From Acidobacteriota bacterium (GTDB taxonomy: Bacteria; Acidobacteriota; Thermoanaerobaculia; Gp7-AA8), in assembly GCA_019244185.1 (NCBI GenBank), contig JAFATB010000014.1:544001-608000 (forward strand): a DNA stretch of 64,000 nt. The letters are read 5' to 3'. Of the stretch, positions 17,083 to 24,869 are shown one piece after another (the stretch's first letter is position 1; each line of letters opens with the position of its first letter). Under the pieces are notes generated by a model that saw only the letters and a list, made by a program, of their open reading frames with translations, searched no databases and was not told where the DNA came from. The translations under genes and the position numbers were made by a program.

Positions 17083-19500
17083 ATGGCGTACAAAAGAGAA
17101 CTGGAGATCGGCGGGAAGTCCCTGTCGCTGGAGACGGGTGCGATCGCCAAACAGGCCCATGGCTCGTGCGTGGTGCGTTACGGCGATACCGTCGTCCTCG
17201 CCACGGCCTGCTACAAAGACGGCAATGTGCTCGGCGACTTCATGCCGCTGACCGTCGACTACAAGGAGTACACCTACGCGGGCGGCCGCATCCCGGGCGG
17301 CTTCTTCAAACGCGAAGGACGTCCCACCGAGAAAGAGACCCTGACCTCGCGCCTCATCGACCGGCCGCTGCGCCCGTCGTTTCAGAAAGGCTATCGTCAG
17401 GAAACGCAGATCATCGCCCTCGTTCTGTCGGCCGACGGCGAGAACGATCCCGACGTGCTTGCGATCAACGCCGCGTCGACCGCGCTCGTGATCTCGGAGA
17501 TCCCGTTTCACAATGCGATCGGCGCGGTGCGCGTCGGCTATGTCGACGGCCAGATCGTCATCAACCCCACCAACGCGCAGCGCGATCTCTCCGACCTCGA
17601 CCTCGTCGTGGCCGGCACCGACAGCGCGATCGTGATGGTCGAAGCGGGCGCGCGTGAAGTCGACGAGAGCGTTGTCCTCGACGCGTTCGACGCCGCGCAC
17701 GCGGAGATCCGCCGCATCTGCGCGCTGCAGAATCAGCTGCGCACCGACGTCGGCAAAGAAAAGCTGAAGGTCGAGTACACCCCGAAGTTCACCGATGAGC
17801 AACTCAAGGAGCTGATGGACCAGCACGGCGCCGCGCTGCGGCAGGCCATGCTCACCACCGGCAAGCACACGCGCTACGCGGCCATCAAAGCCGTCAAGCA
17901 GCAGATCGTCGGCAGCGTCCCGGCGGAAGAACCGGAGCGTCTCGCCGCCGTCACCGCGGCGTTCGGCGAGATGGAAGTGCAGATCTTCCGCAACCTCATG
18001 CTGCAGGAAAACATGCGCGTCGACGGCCGCCGCTTCGACGAGATCCGTCCGATCTCGATCGACCTCGGCGTCCTCCCGCGCACCCACGGCTCCGCGATCT
18101 TCACCCGCGGCGAGACGCAGGCGCTCGTCACCGTGACCCTCGGCACGCCGCAGGAAGCGCAGAAGATCGAAGACTTCGAAGGCGAGACCTTCCAGCGCTT
18201 CATGCTGCACTACAACTTCCCGCCGTTCTCGGTCGGTGAAGTGAAGTTCCTGCGCGGTCCAGCGCGCCGCGAGATCGGCCACGGCAATCTCGCGCGCCGC
18301 GCGCTCGCGCCGCTGCTGCCGACCGAGGACGAGTTCGCGTACACCATCCGCATCGTCTCCGACATCCTCGAGTCGAACGGCTCGTCGTCGATGGCGTCCG
18401 TCTGCGGCGGCTCGCTCGCGCTGATGCAGGGCGGCGTGCCGATGCGCGCCGCCGTCGCCGGTGTGGCCATGGGTCTCGTCAGCAGCGACGACAACGCGAA
18501 GCAGGCCATCCTCACCGACATCGCCGGCATGGAAGACCACGAAGGCGACATGGACTTCAAGGTCGCCGGCACGCGCACCGGCATCACCGCGCTGCAGATG
18601 GATATCAAAGTAACCGGCCTCTCGCGCGAAGTCATGGCGCGCGCGCTGGAGCAGGCCAAGGCCGGCCGCCTCTACATCCTCGACCGCATGGACGCGGTGA
18701 TCGCCGAGCCGAAGACCGAGCTCTCCGAGTTCGCGCCGCGGCTCTACACGATCCAGATTCCGAAGGACCGCATCCGCGACGTCATCGGTTCGGGCGGCAA
18801 GACCATCCGCTGGATCGTCGAGGAGACCGGGACCAAGATCGACGTCGCCGACGACGGCAAGGTCACGATCGCGTCGACCGACGCGAAGTCGGCTGAGCGC
18901 GCCATCGACATCATCAAAGGTCTCACGGCCTCGCCGGAGATCGGCACCAACTACAAAGGCACGGTCAAGCGCATCGAGCCGTACGGAGCGTTCGTCGAGA
19001 TCCTGCCGGGTCAGGACGGACTGCTGCACATCAGCGAGATGGCGCACACGCGTGTCGGCCAGGTGACGGACCTCTTCCAGCTCGGCGACGAAGTGGAAGT
19101 GCAGGTTGTCGGCATCGAGCCGGAGACGGGCAAGATCCGTCTGTCGCGCAAGCCGCTCCTGCCGCCTCCCACCGAGGAGGAGCTGGCAGCCGCGCGCGAA
19201 TCGCGTGGCAATCGCCCGCCGCGTGAAGGTGGCGAAGGCGGCGGTCACCGCGGTGATCGTGGCGACCGCGGCGGACATCGCGGCGGCGATCGCGATCGCG
19301 GTCCTCGCCGTGAGGGTGGTGGTGGTGGCGGTTTCCGCGACCGTGGCCCGCGCCGCGAAGGCGGAGACCGCGGCGATCGCGGCCCGCGTCGCGAAGGCGG
19401 CGGCAACTTCCGTGAAGGCGGCGAACGTCCGCCGCGCCGCGAAGGCGGCGAGGGTGGGGGCGAGTCGTCCGGCGGCGGCGGGAACAACAATCCGCAGTGA
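17083..19500 (+). CDS. pnp: Polyribonucleotide nucleotidyltransferase with an Arg/Gly-rich C-terminal tail
   Basis: GRIPGGFFKREGRP, FTRGETQAL, ESNGSSSMASVCG and DMDFKVAG motifs; KH and S1 domains. Confidence 0.98.
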   Translation: MAYKRELEIGGKSLSLETGAIAKQAHGSCVVRYGDTVVLATACYKDGNVLGDFMPLTVDYKEYTYAGGRIPGGFFKREGRPTEKETLTSRLIDRPLRPSFQKGYRQETQIIALVLSADGENDPDVLAINAASTALVISEIPFHNAIGAVRVGYVDGQIVINPTNAQRDLSDLDLVVAGTDSAIVMVEAGAREVDESVVLDAFDAAHAEIRRICALQNQLRTDVGKEKLKVEYTPKFTDEQLKELMDQHGAALRQAMLTTGKHTRYAAIKAVKQQIVGSVPAEEPERLAAVTAAFGEMEVQIFRNLMLQENMRVDGRRFDEIRPISIDLGVLPRTHGSAIFTRGETQALVTVTLGTPQEAQKIEDFEGETFQRFMLHYNFPPFSVGEVKFLRGPARREIGHGNLARRALAPLLPTEDEFAYTIRIVSDILESNGSSSMASVCGGSLALMQGGVPMRAAVAGVAMGLVSSDDNAKQAILTDIAGMEDHEGDMDFKVAGTRTGITALQMDIKVTGLSREVMARALEQAKAGRLYILDRMDAVIAEPKTELSEFAPRLYTIQIPKDRIRDVIGSGGKTIRWIVEETGTKIDVADDGKVTIASTDAKSAERAIDIIKGLTASPEIGTNYKGTVKRIEPYGAFVEILPGQDGLLHISEMAHTRVGQVTDLFQLGDEVEVQVVGIEPETGKIRLSRKPLLPPPTEEELAAARESRGNRPPREGGEGGGHRGDRGDRGGHRGGDRDRGPRREGGGGGGFRDRGPRREGGDRGDRGPRREGGGNFREGGERPPRREGGEGGGESSGGGGNNNPQ

Positions 19501-19504
19501 ATGA

Positions 19505-19538
19505 ACGAAGGCCGGCGGCAACGCCGGCCTTCGTGTTT
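19505..19538. terminator. Hairpin terminator after pnp (convergent genes)
   Basis: 13-bp perfect stem ACGAAGGCCGGCG-GCAA-CGCCGGCCTTCGT. Confidence 0.75.
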
Positions 19539-19551
19539 CAGCGACGCTTCG

Positions 19552-19887
19552 TTAACTGTGCGCGGACGATGCGCGCCGGTACTCATCCGGCGACATCCCC
19601 GTGCCGCGGCGGAAGGCGCGGAAGAACGTACGGCGCGTGCCGAAGCAGGAGAGGTAGCCGATGCGCGTGGTCGACAGCTTCGACGATGCGAGGAGGTTTT
19701 GCGCGAGCGCGAGTTGCTGCGCCTTGAGATAGTCGGAGAGCGCGACGCCCGTCGCGGCGGCGAAGTCGCGGCTGACTTTCTCGCGGGTCATGCCGAGCCG
19801 CTCGGCGAGGTCGGAGACGCGGGGAGGGGTTTCCGTCGCGAAGCAGTGCTGGAGGTATTGCTCGATGGCTTCGCGGATTTCCGACAT
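19552..19887 (-). CDS. Stand-alone AraC/XylS double-HTH protein
   Basis: 111 aa; VSDLAERLGM...AQNLL..SKLS...IG...F....F.RAFRR.TGMSP.EYR; no sensor domain. Confidence 0.85.
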   Translation of the reverse strand: MSEIREAIEQYLQHCFATETPPRVSDLAERLGMTREKVSRDFAAATGVALSDYLKAQQLALAQNLLASSKLSTTRIGYLSCFGTRRTFFRAFRRGTGMSPDEYRRASSAHS

Positions 19888-19967
19888 TCGGGACAAGCTT
19901 GCCCGCGTTGCCGCGTGCGCGTGTTGACGCAGATCACAGCGTTCGCGCGCGGGATACACTCTCGCCG

Positions 19968-21167
19968 ATGCCGCGCACGCTTCGCCTCACGCTCACGCTC
20001 CTCGGCGCGCTCGCGGCGATCTACGCGCTCGTCGTGACGTGGCGGAAAAACGAGCGCGCGGCGGGTCTCGATTTCTACATCTACTTCGTCGCGTCGCAGC
20101 TGCCGGCGCGCGCGGACGTCGACAACATCTATGCGCCCGAAGTGCAGGAGCGCGTCGGCGAGGAGTATTACGAACGCGCGCTGCGCAGCGGCTCGGAACT
20201 GCGGATTTACGACGCGAAACGGCGGCGTCGGCTCGACAACGTGTCCAGTCCGTTTCTCTACACGACCTTCCGCTGGGTGAGCCGCAACTACGAGCGCGCG
20301 CTGACGCAGGACCACGTGCTGCTCCTCGCAGCGTTCGTCGCCGGCGTGCTGCTGCTCGCGCGGCGCGTGGGCGTGTCGTGGGCGGCGGCGCTCTTTCTGC
20401 TCGCGGCGCTGCTGCTGTGGTATCGCGGCTTCGAAGCGGATCTGCGCGTGGGCAACGTGAACTCGCTCCAGCTCTTCGCATGCGCCGCGATGTTGTGGGC
20501 GCCGCCGCTCGCGGCCGGCGCGATCCTCGGCGCGCTGCTCGCGTTCAAACCGAATCTGCTCGCGGTCGCGCTGCTGCTCGCATTCGCGCGCATCGCGACG
20601 CGTGAGTTTCACCGGCTGCGCATCGAGATCGCGGGCGGTGCGATCGGCGGCGCGTTCGCGTTTGTCGCGGCGTCGATCAACTTTCATTCGCCGCGTGTCT
20701 GGCTGCAGTGGATCGCGGCGGCGAATCAGTTCTGGCACCGCATTCCGACGCGCCTAGAGCGCAACGTCACGCCCGCGCTGGCGCTGTTCGAGAAGCACGG
20801 CACCGCGCCGTCATATGCGATCGCGTTCGTGCTCTTCGCGATCGCGTGCGCGGCGATCTGGCGCGGACGCCGTGCCGACGATCCGCTCGTCGTCGGCATC
20901 GGCATCCTCATCTATCTGCTGTCGGCGCCGGTCGTGTGGCTGCACTACATGGTGCTCGTCGTCCCGGTCGCGATTGCGCTGCTGCGCTGGCGCGTGACCG
21001 GCGCGATCGCGCTGCTGGCGCTGGCGATGATTGCCGAGGTTCCGTTCGAGCGGCTCACGCAGGTGCCCGCGGCGAACGTTGAGGCGATGCTGATCGCGCC
21101 GGCGCTGTTCGCGTTGTACGTCTGCGCGATCGTCAGACTCTCACAGCGAGATCCAGCCGCCGCTTGA
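19968..21167 (+). CDS. Polytopic membrane protein, GT87/DUF2029-like glycosyltransferase
   Basis: DFYIY near the N-terminus, GNVNSL, AFKP and PVVWLHY motifs; about 10 TM helices. Confidence 0.7.
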   Translation: MPRTLRLTLTLLGALAAIYALVVTWRKNERAAGLDFYIYFVASQLPARADVDNIYAPEVQERVGEEYYERALRSGSELRIYDAKRRRRLDNVSSPFLYTTFRWVSRNYERALTQDHVLLLAAFVAGVLLLARRVGVSWAAALFLLAALLLWYRGFEADLRVGNVNSLQLFACAAMLWAPPLAAGAILGALLAFKPNLLAVALLLAFARIATREFHRLRIEIAGGAIGGAFAFVAASINFHSPRVWLQWIAAANQFWHRIPTRLERNVTPALALFEKHGTAPSYAIAFVLFAIACAAIWRGRRADDPLVVGIGILIYLLSAPVVWLHYMVLVVPVAIALLRWRVTGAIALLALAMIAEVPFERLTQVPAANVEAMLIAPALFALYVCAIVRLSQRDPAAA

Positions 21168-22187
21168 CGCCGAGCGCCGCGCCGCGTCGAGCACGCGCTG
21201 CTGCGCGAGGCCGTCCTCGAAGGTCGCCGCGGGAGCGAGCGCGTCGCGGTCGCCGTCATCGAGCGCCGCGCGCAACGCGCGCCCGAGGTGCAGCGTGCCG
21301 GTGCCGAACGCACCGCCGGGAGAATTGCCGGGACGCTGTTCCAGGGGACCGCCGCCGATGCGCTCGTACGGCTGCTGGTTGCGCGAGAGGAACACTTCCT
21401 CGCCAACGAAACGCATCGCGCCGTGCTCGCCGTGAATGGTGATCGTGGCCGCGTCGTCGGGCGCGCTCGATACCGTGCTGATCGTCAGCGCGCCTGCCGC
21501 GCCGCCGCGGAAGCGCAGGTGAATCGCCGCGAAGTCGTCCGCGGTCACCTCGCGCAGATCATCGCCGAACGGCCGCTGCGCGATGAGCGAGCGTAGCATC
21601 GCCTGCACCGCTTCGATCTCCAGTCCGAAGTAGCGCAGCGCGTCGATGAAGTGCGAGCCGACCGCGCCCCAGATTCCGCCGCCCTGCGCCGCGTCGCTCC
21701 ACCAGTTCCACGCGCGCTTCGGATCGTTTCGTGCCGGGCTCGCGTACCGCACCTCGGCATACCGCGGCGCGCCGATCGTGCCGATGCGCGCGCGTGCGTC
21801 GCGCCACGAGGGGAGGAAGCACAGCTCGTGATCGATGAGCGCGAGCTGCGACGGCCGCTGGCGCGCCGCGTCGACGAGTGCTTCCGCTTCGCCCGCGTCG
21901 AGCGCCGTCGGCTTCTCGCACAGCACATGTTTCCCCGCTTCGAGCGCGGCGAGCGCCATCGCGCGATGTTCGGACGGCGGCGTGACGATCGAGACGAGAT
22001 CGACGTCGCTCGTGACGAGTTCGCGCCAGTCGTCGTACGCCGTGAGGCTGCCGAGGTCGTCGGCCGTCTTGCGGGTTTTCTCGGGCTGCGAGCCGGCGAT
22101 TGCGACGACCTCGAGCCCCGCCTCGCGGAACGTCGGCACTTGTACGCGCGCGCCCCAGCCTGTCCCGACAATGCCGATTTTGGCCAT
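21141..22187 (-). CDS. Gfo/Idh/MocA family oxidoreductase
   Basis: GIVGTGWG, AGKHVLCEKP and GGG....GSHFID motifs. Confidence 0.92.
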   Translation of the reverse strand: MAKIGIVGTGWGARVQVPTFREAGLEVVAIAGSQPEKTRKTADDLGSLTAYDDWRELVTSDVDLVSIVTPPSEHRAMALAALEAGKHVLCEKPTALDAGEAEALVDAARQRPSQLALIDHELCFLPSWRDARARIGTIGAPRYAEVRYASPARNDPKRAWNWWSDAAQGGGIWGAVGSHFIDALRYFGLEIEAVQAMLRSLIAQRPFGDDLREVTADDFAAIHLRFRGGAAGALTISTVSSAPDDAATITIHGEHGAMRFVGEEVFLSRNQQPYERIGGGPLEQRPGNSPGGAFGTGTLHLGRALRAALDDGDRDALAPAATFEDGLAQQRVLDAARRSASSGGWISL

Positions 22188-22229
22188 TTTTTCGATCCTT
22201 GGCAGCTAATTTGCCAAATTACCGCTCAG

Positions 22230-22736
22230 ATGGCTCGCCGCAGAGCGGATCTTATCGTTCCGATTCACGATCGCCGAAAACACCGGCGCTTCGTGACGCT
22301 GCGGAACTTCCGGAACACGCTGCTCGTGTTCGTGGTCTTCTTCGTCGCGCTGACGGTCGCGTCGGAGCTGCGCAAGCCGGTTTCGGGTGCATACGGGCGG
22401 CTGGTGCAGGGCGAGTTGCAGCCGGACGTCGCGCAAAAGCCGGTCGAGGTCGTGCGCGAGGCGCCGCCGCCGGTCAGCGATCAGACCGGTGCCGATCCGA
22501 TGCTGCTCGAGCCCGCGGCGCGATCGCAGTATCTGCGCGAGCTGAACACGAACGCGCCCGCGCCCGTCGAGCCGATCGCCGCCGCGCGCGCCGACACGCT
22601 GGCGACGCCCGTGTACGAGCCGCCGCCGGTGCGCGGCGAGAACGACATCGCCGTCGTCGGCGGTGCCGACGGCGTCACGGTCGTGCAGCGCTCGCACGGC
22701 AAGCCGGTGCTGTCCGGCGGCTTCGGCCGCCACTGA
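22230..22736 (+). CDS. Hypothetical single-TM protein
   Basis: Basic N-terminus, one hydrophobic helix, Pro-rich tail; fills the gap between divergent genes. Confidence 0.6.
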   Translation: MARRRADLIVPIHDRRKHRRFVTLRNFRNTLLVFVVFFVALTVASELRKPVSGAYGRLVQGELQPDVAQKPVEVVREAPPPVSDQTGADPMLLEPAARSQYLRELNTNAPAPVEPIAAARADTLATPVYEPPPVRGENDIAVVGGADGVTVVQRSHGKPVLSGGFGRH

Positions 22737-22756
22737 TTGACGCCGCGTCAGTGTCT

Positions 22757-22779
22757 AGTGTATGGTGACACCATACACT
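22757..22779. promoter_or_regulatory. Perfect palindrome, probable GntR(YtrA) operator
   Basis: AGTGTATGGTG-A-CACCATACACT directly before the GntR ATG, overlapping TTGACG-18-TATGGT. Confidence 0.75.
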
Positions 22780-22782
22780 GAC

Positions 22783-23160
22783 ATGCTGCTGCGCATCGAT
22801 CCCTCCGACCGCCGTCCGATCTACCGCCAGGTAGCGGACGAGATCAAGATGCTGATCGCGGGCGGCAAGCTGCGCGAAGGCGCGCCGCTCCCGTCCGTGC
22901 GGCAGCTCGCGTCCGACCTCGGGGTGAACCTCAACACGATCGCCACGGCCTATCGCGAGCTGCAGGACGAAGGGCTGATCGCCGTGCGCCACGGTTCCGG
23001 CGCGGTCGTGACGTCGCGTACCTCGCAGAGCTCCGGCGCGGAGCTGCGCCAGCCGCTGCGCACCGCGCTCACGGAGCTCGTCCTCGGCGGTCTCTCACGC
23101 CGGGAGATCCTCAACCTCGTCTCGACCGAGCTCAATGACCTGACCAAAGGAGCGAAGTGA
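22783..23160 (+). CDS. GntR family regulator, YtrA subfamily
   Basis: PIYRQV, LPSVRQLA..LGVNLNTIA.AYREL; short C-terminal domain. Confidence 0.92.
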   Translation: MLLRIDPSDRRPIYRQVADEIKMLIAGGKLREGAPLPSVRQLASDLGVNLNTIATAYRELQDEGLIAVRHGSGAVVTSRTSQSSGAELRQPLRTALTELVLGGLSRREILNLVSTELNDLTKGAK

Positions 23161-24200
23161 TGTTCGACCCATTCGTCCTCGCCGCCTACGCATTCCTGGC
23201 CATCGTCCGCTGGCTCGGTCTGCCGCCGTTGCTGCGCCTCGCGACGCATCGCGGCCGCGACTGGTTCTTCGACGTCGAGCTCCGCGACGATCTCGCCGTG
23301 CGCGACCGTTTCGTGTGTGACTATCGCCGCGCGATGTTCGCGACGTCGATCGCGTTCGAGCTCGCGGCGCTCGCGGATCTCGTCGTCTTCCGCGCGTGGT
23401 CGCACATCCTCTACGTGCAGATGCCGCTGCTCCTCGGCGTCGGCGTGGCGCGGCGCATCGTGCTGCGCAAGTACGTGCTCACGGCGCGCGAGCGGCGCGT
23501 GCCCGCGTCCGGCGAGCGCGTCGCGTTCTCGCTCGTGCCGCGGCGTCTCGTCGATTACACGAGCCGCACGTTCGAGCTCTGCAACGCCGCCATCGCACTC
23601 GCATCGCTCGCCGTCATCGATCGCGCGGGACGCTCGCCGATGTTTCTCGTCGCGTTCCTCGTGCTCTACCTGCACGCGGGCCTGCTGCTGTGGAAAGCGC
23701 GTCTCGTGCGGCAGCGCGTCGTGCTGCCCGCCGATCGCGCGGACGAGTATCTCGAACTGGTGGACGAAGCGTTCCGCGCCGGCATGCGCACGTTCGACGG
23801 CGCGCGCTCGGTGGTGACTTTCTTCCTGTTGATGCTCGCCGTGCGCGCGACGTACTGGGACGCGTGGCGCGAGCGGACGCAGACGATCACCGCGATCGCG
23901 ATTCCCGTGCTGATGGTGGCGTGGCTCGTCGTCATGACGACGCGCGGACGCCGCGTCACCGCGACGCTGCTCGCCCGCGCGCGCGAGTTCCGCCCACCCG
24001 CGATTCCGCGCTTCACGCCCGATCCCGCGCGCCTCGGCCTCGCCGGATTCGTCTACTGGAACGCCGACGATCCCGCGGTCGTCGTCGACGGCGGTCCGCT
24101 GCGCTTGTCGATCAACGTCGCCAATCGCTACACGTACGTTTACCTCGCGTACTGGATCGTGCTCGCGCTGCAGGTGCGCGCGCTGGCGGGTGCGCTGTGA
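23160..24200 (+). CDS. Multi-TM membrane protein with a DUF5808-like C-terminus
   Basis: Many TM helices; C-terminal YWNADDPAVVV...SINVAN; coupled to the YtrA gene. Confidence 0.7.
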   Translation: MFDPFVLAAYAFLAIVRWLGLPPLLRLATHRGRDWFFDVELRDDLAVRDRFVCDYRRAMFATSIAFELAALADLVVFRAWSHILYVQMPLLLGVGVARRIVLRKYVLTARERRVPASGERVAFSLVPRRLVDYTSRTFELCNAAIALASLAVIDRAGRSPMFLVAFLVLYLHAGLLLWKARLVRQRVVLPADRADEYLELVDEAFRAGMRTFDGARSVVTFFLLMLAVRATYWDAWRERTQTITAIAIPVLMVAWLVVMTTRGRRVTATLLARAREFRPPAIPRFTPDPARLGLAGFVYWNADDPAVVVDGGPLRLSINVANRYTYVYLAYWIVLALQVRALAGAL

Positions 24201-24865
24201 CGCGCGCGCGGGTCACCGGCCTCACGCCGCTGCTGGTCGTGAGCGACCTGCAGCGATCGCTCGCGTTCTACGAGCAACTCGGTTTCGGCGAGCCGAACGC
24301 GTGGGGCGAGCCGCCGTGCTTCGCGATGATGCATCGCGACGGCTTCGAGCTGATGCTCAGTCTCGTCGAAGGCGACGCCACGCCGCGGCCGAACGGCGCG
24401 AGCGAAGTGTGGGATGCGTACCTGCGCGTCACCGATCTCGCCGCGGAACAGGCGGCGCTCGCCGCCGCGAACATCCGCGTCGACAAAGGTCCGAGCGACA
24501 CGTTCTACAACATGCGCGAGATCGAGATCCTCGATCCCGACGGCTATCGCTGGTGCATCGGACAGGACACGAGCGACATGCCGGAAGTGTGGGAGGGGAC
24601 GCTCGACGTCGGAACGAAACTGCGGCTCGCGCTGCGGATCGCGAAACGCGACGGCGCGTTGCACGTGACGCTCGACAGCATCGACCAGGGCGCGATGAAT
24701 CTGCCGGTGACGGCGTTCACGCGCCACGAGCGCGCGCTGCACTTCGAGCTGCCGGCGATCGGCGCGAGCTACGACGGCGTGCGCAACGAGGAGGATGGTT
24801 CGTTCAGCGGCCACTGGTCGCAACGAGGCAACCAGTGGCCGCTGGTGTGGCGGAAGGTTTCGTAG
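24197..24865 (+). CDS. VOC/glyoxalase protein fused to a C-terminal beta domain
   Basis: PLLVVSDLQRSLAFYEQLGF...REIEILDPDGY, then WEGTL..LRL...LDSIDQGA...GHWSQ.G...PL. Confidence 0.8.
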   Translation: MTRARVTGLTPLLVVSDLQRSLAFYEQLGFGEPNAWGEPPCFAMMHRDGFELMLSLVEGDATPRPNGASEVWDAYLRVTDLAAEQAALAAANIRVDKGPSDTFYNMREIEILDPDGYRWCIGQDTSDMPEVWEGTLDVGTKLRLALRIAKRDGALHVTLDSIDQGAMNLPVTAFTRHERALHFELPAIGASYDGVRNEEDGSFSGHWSQRGNQWPLVWRKVS

Positions 24866-24869
24866 CGAA

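Noticed and set aside
22713-22736. C-terminus SGGFGRH as another copy of the tag
   Set aside because: It lacks the R-[AS]-V core, and the protein appears TM-anchored rather than secreted.
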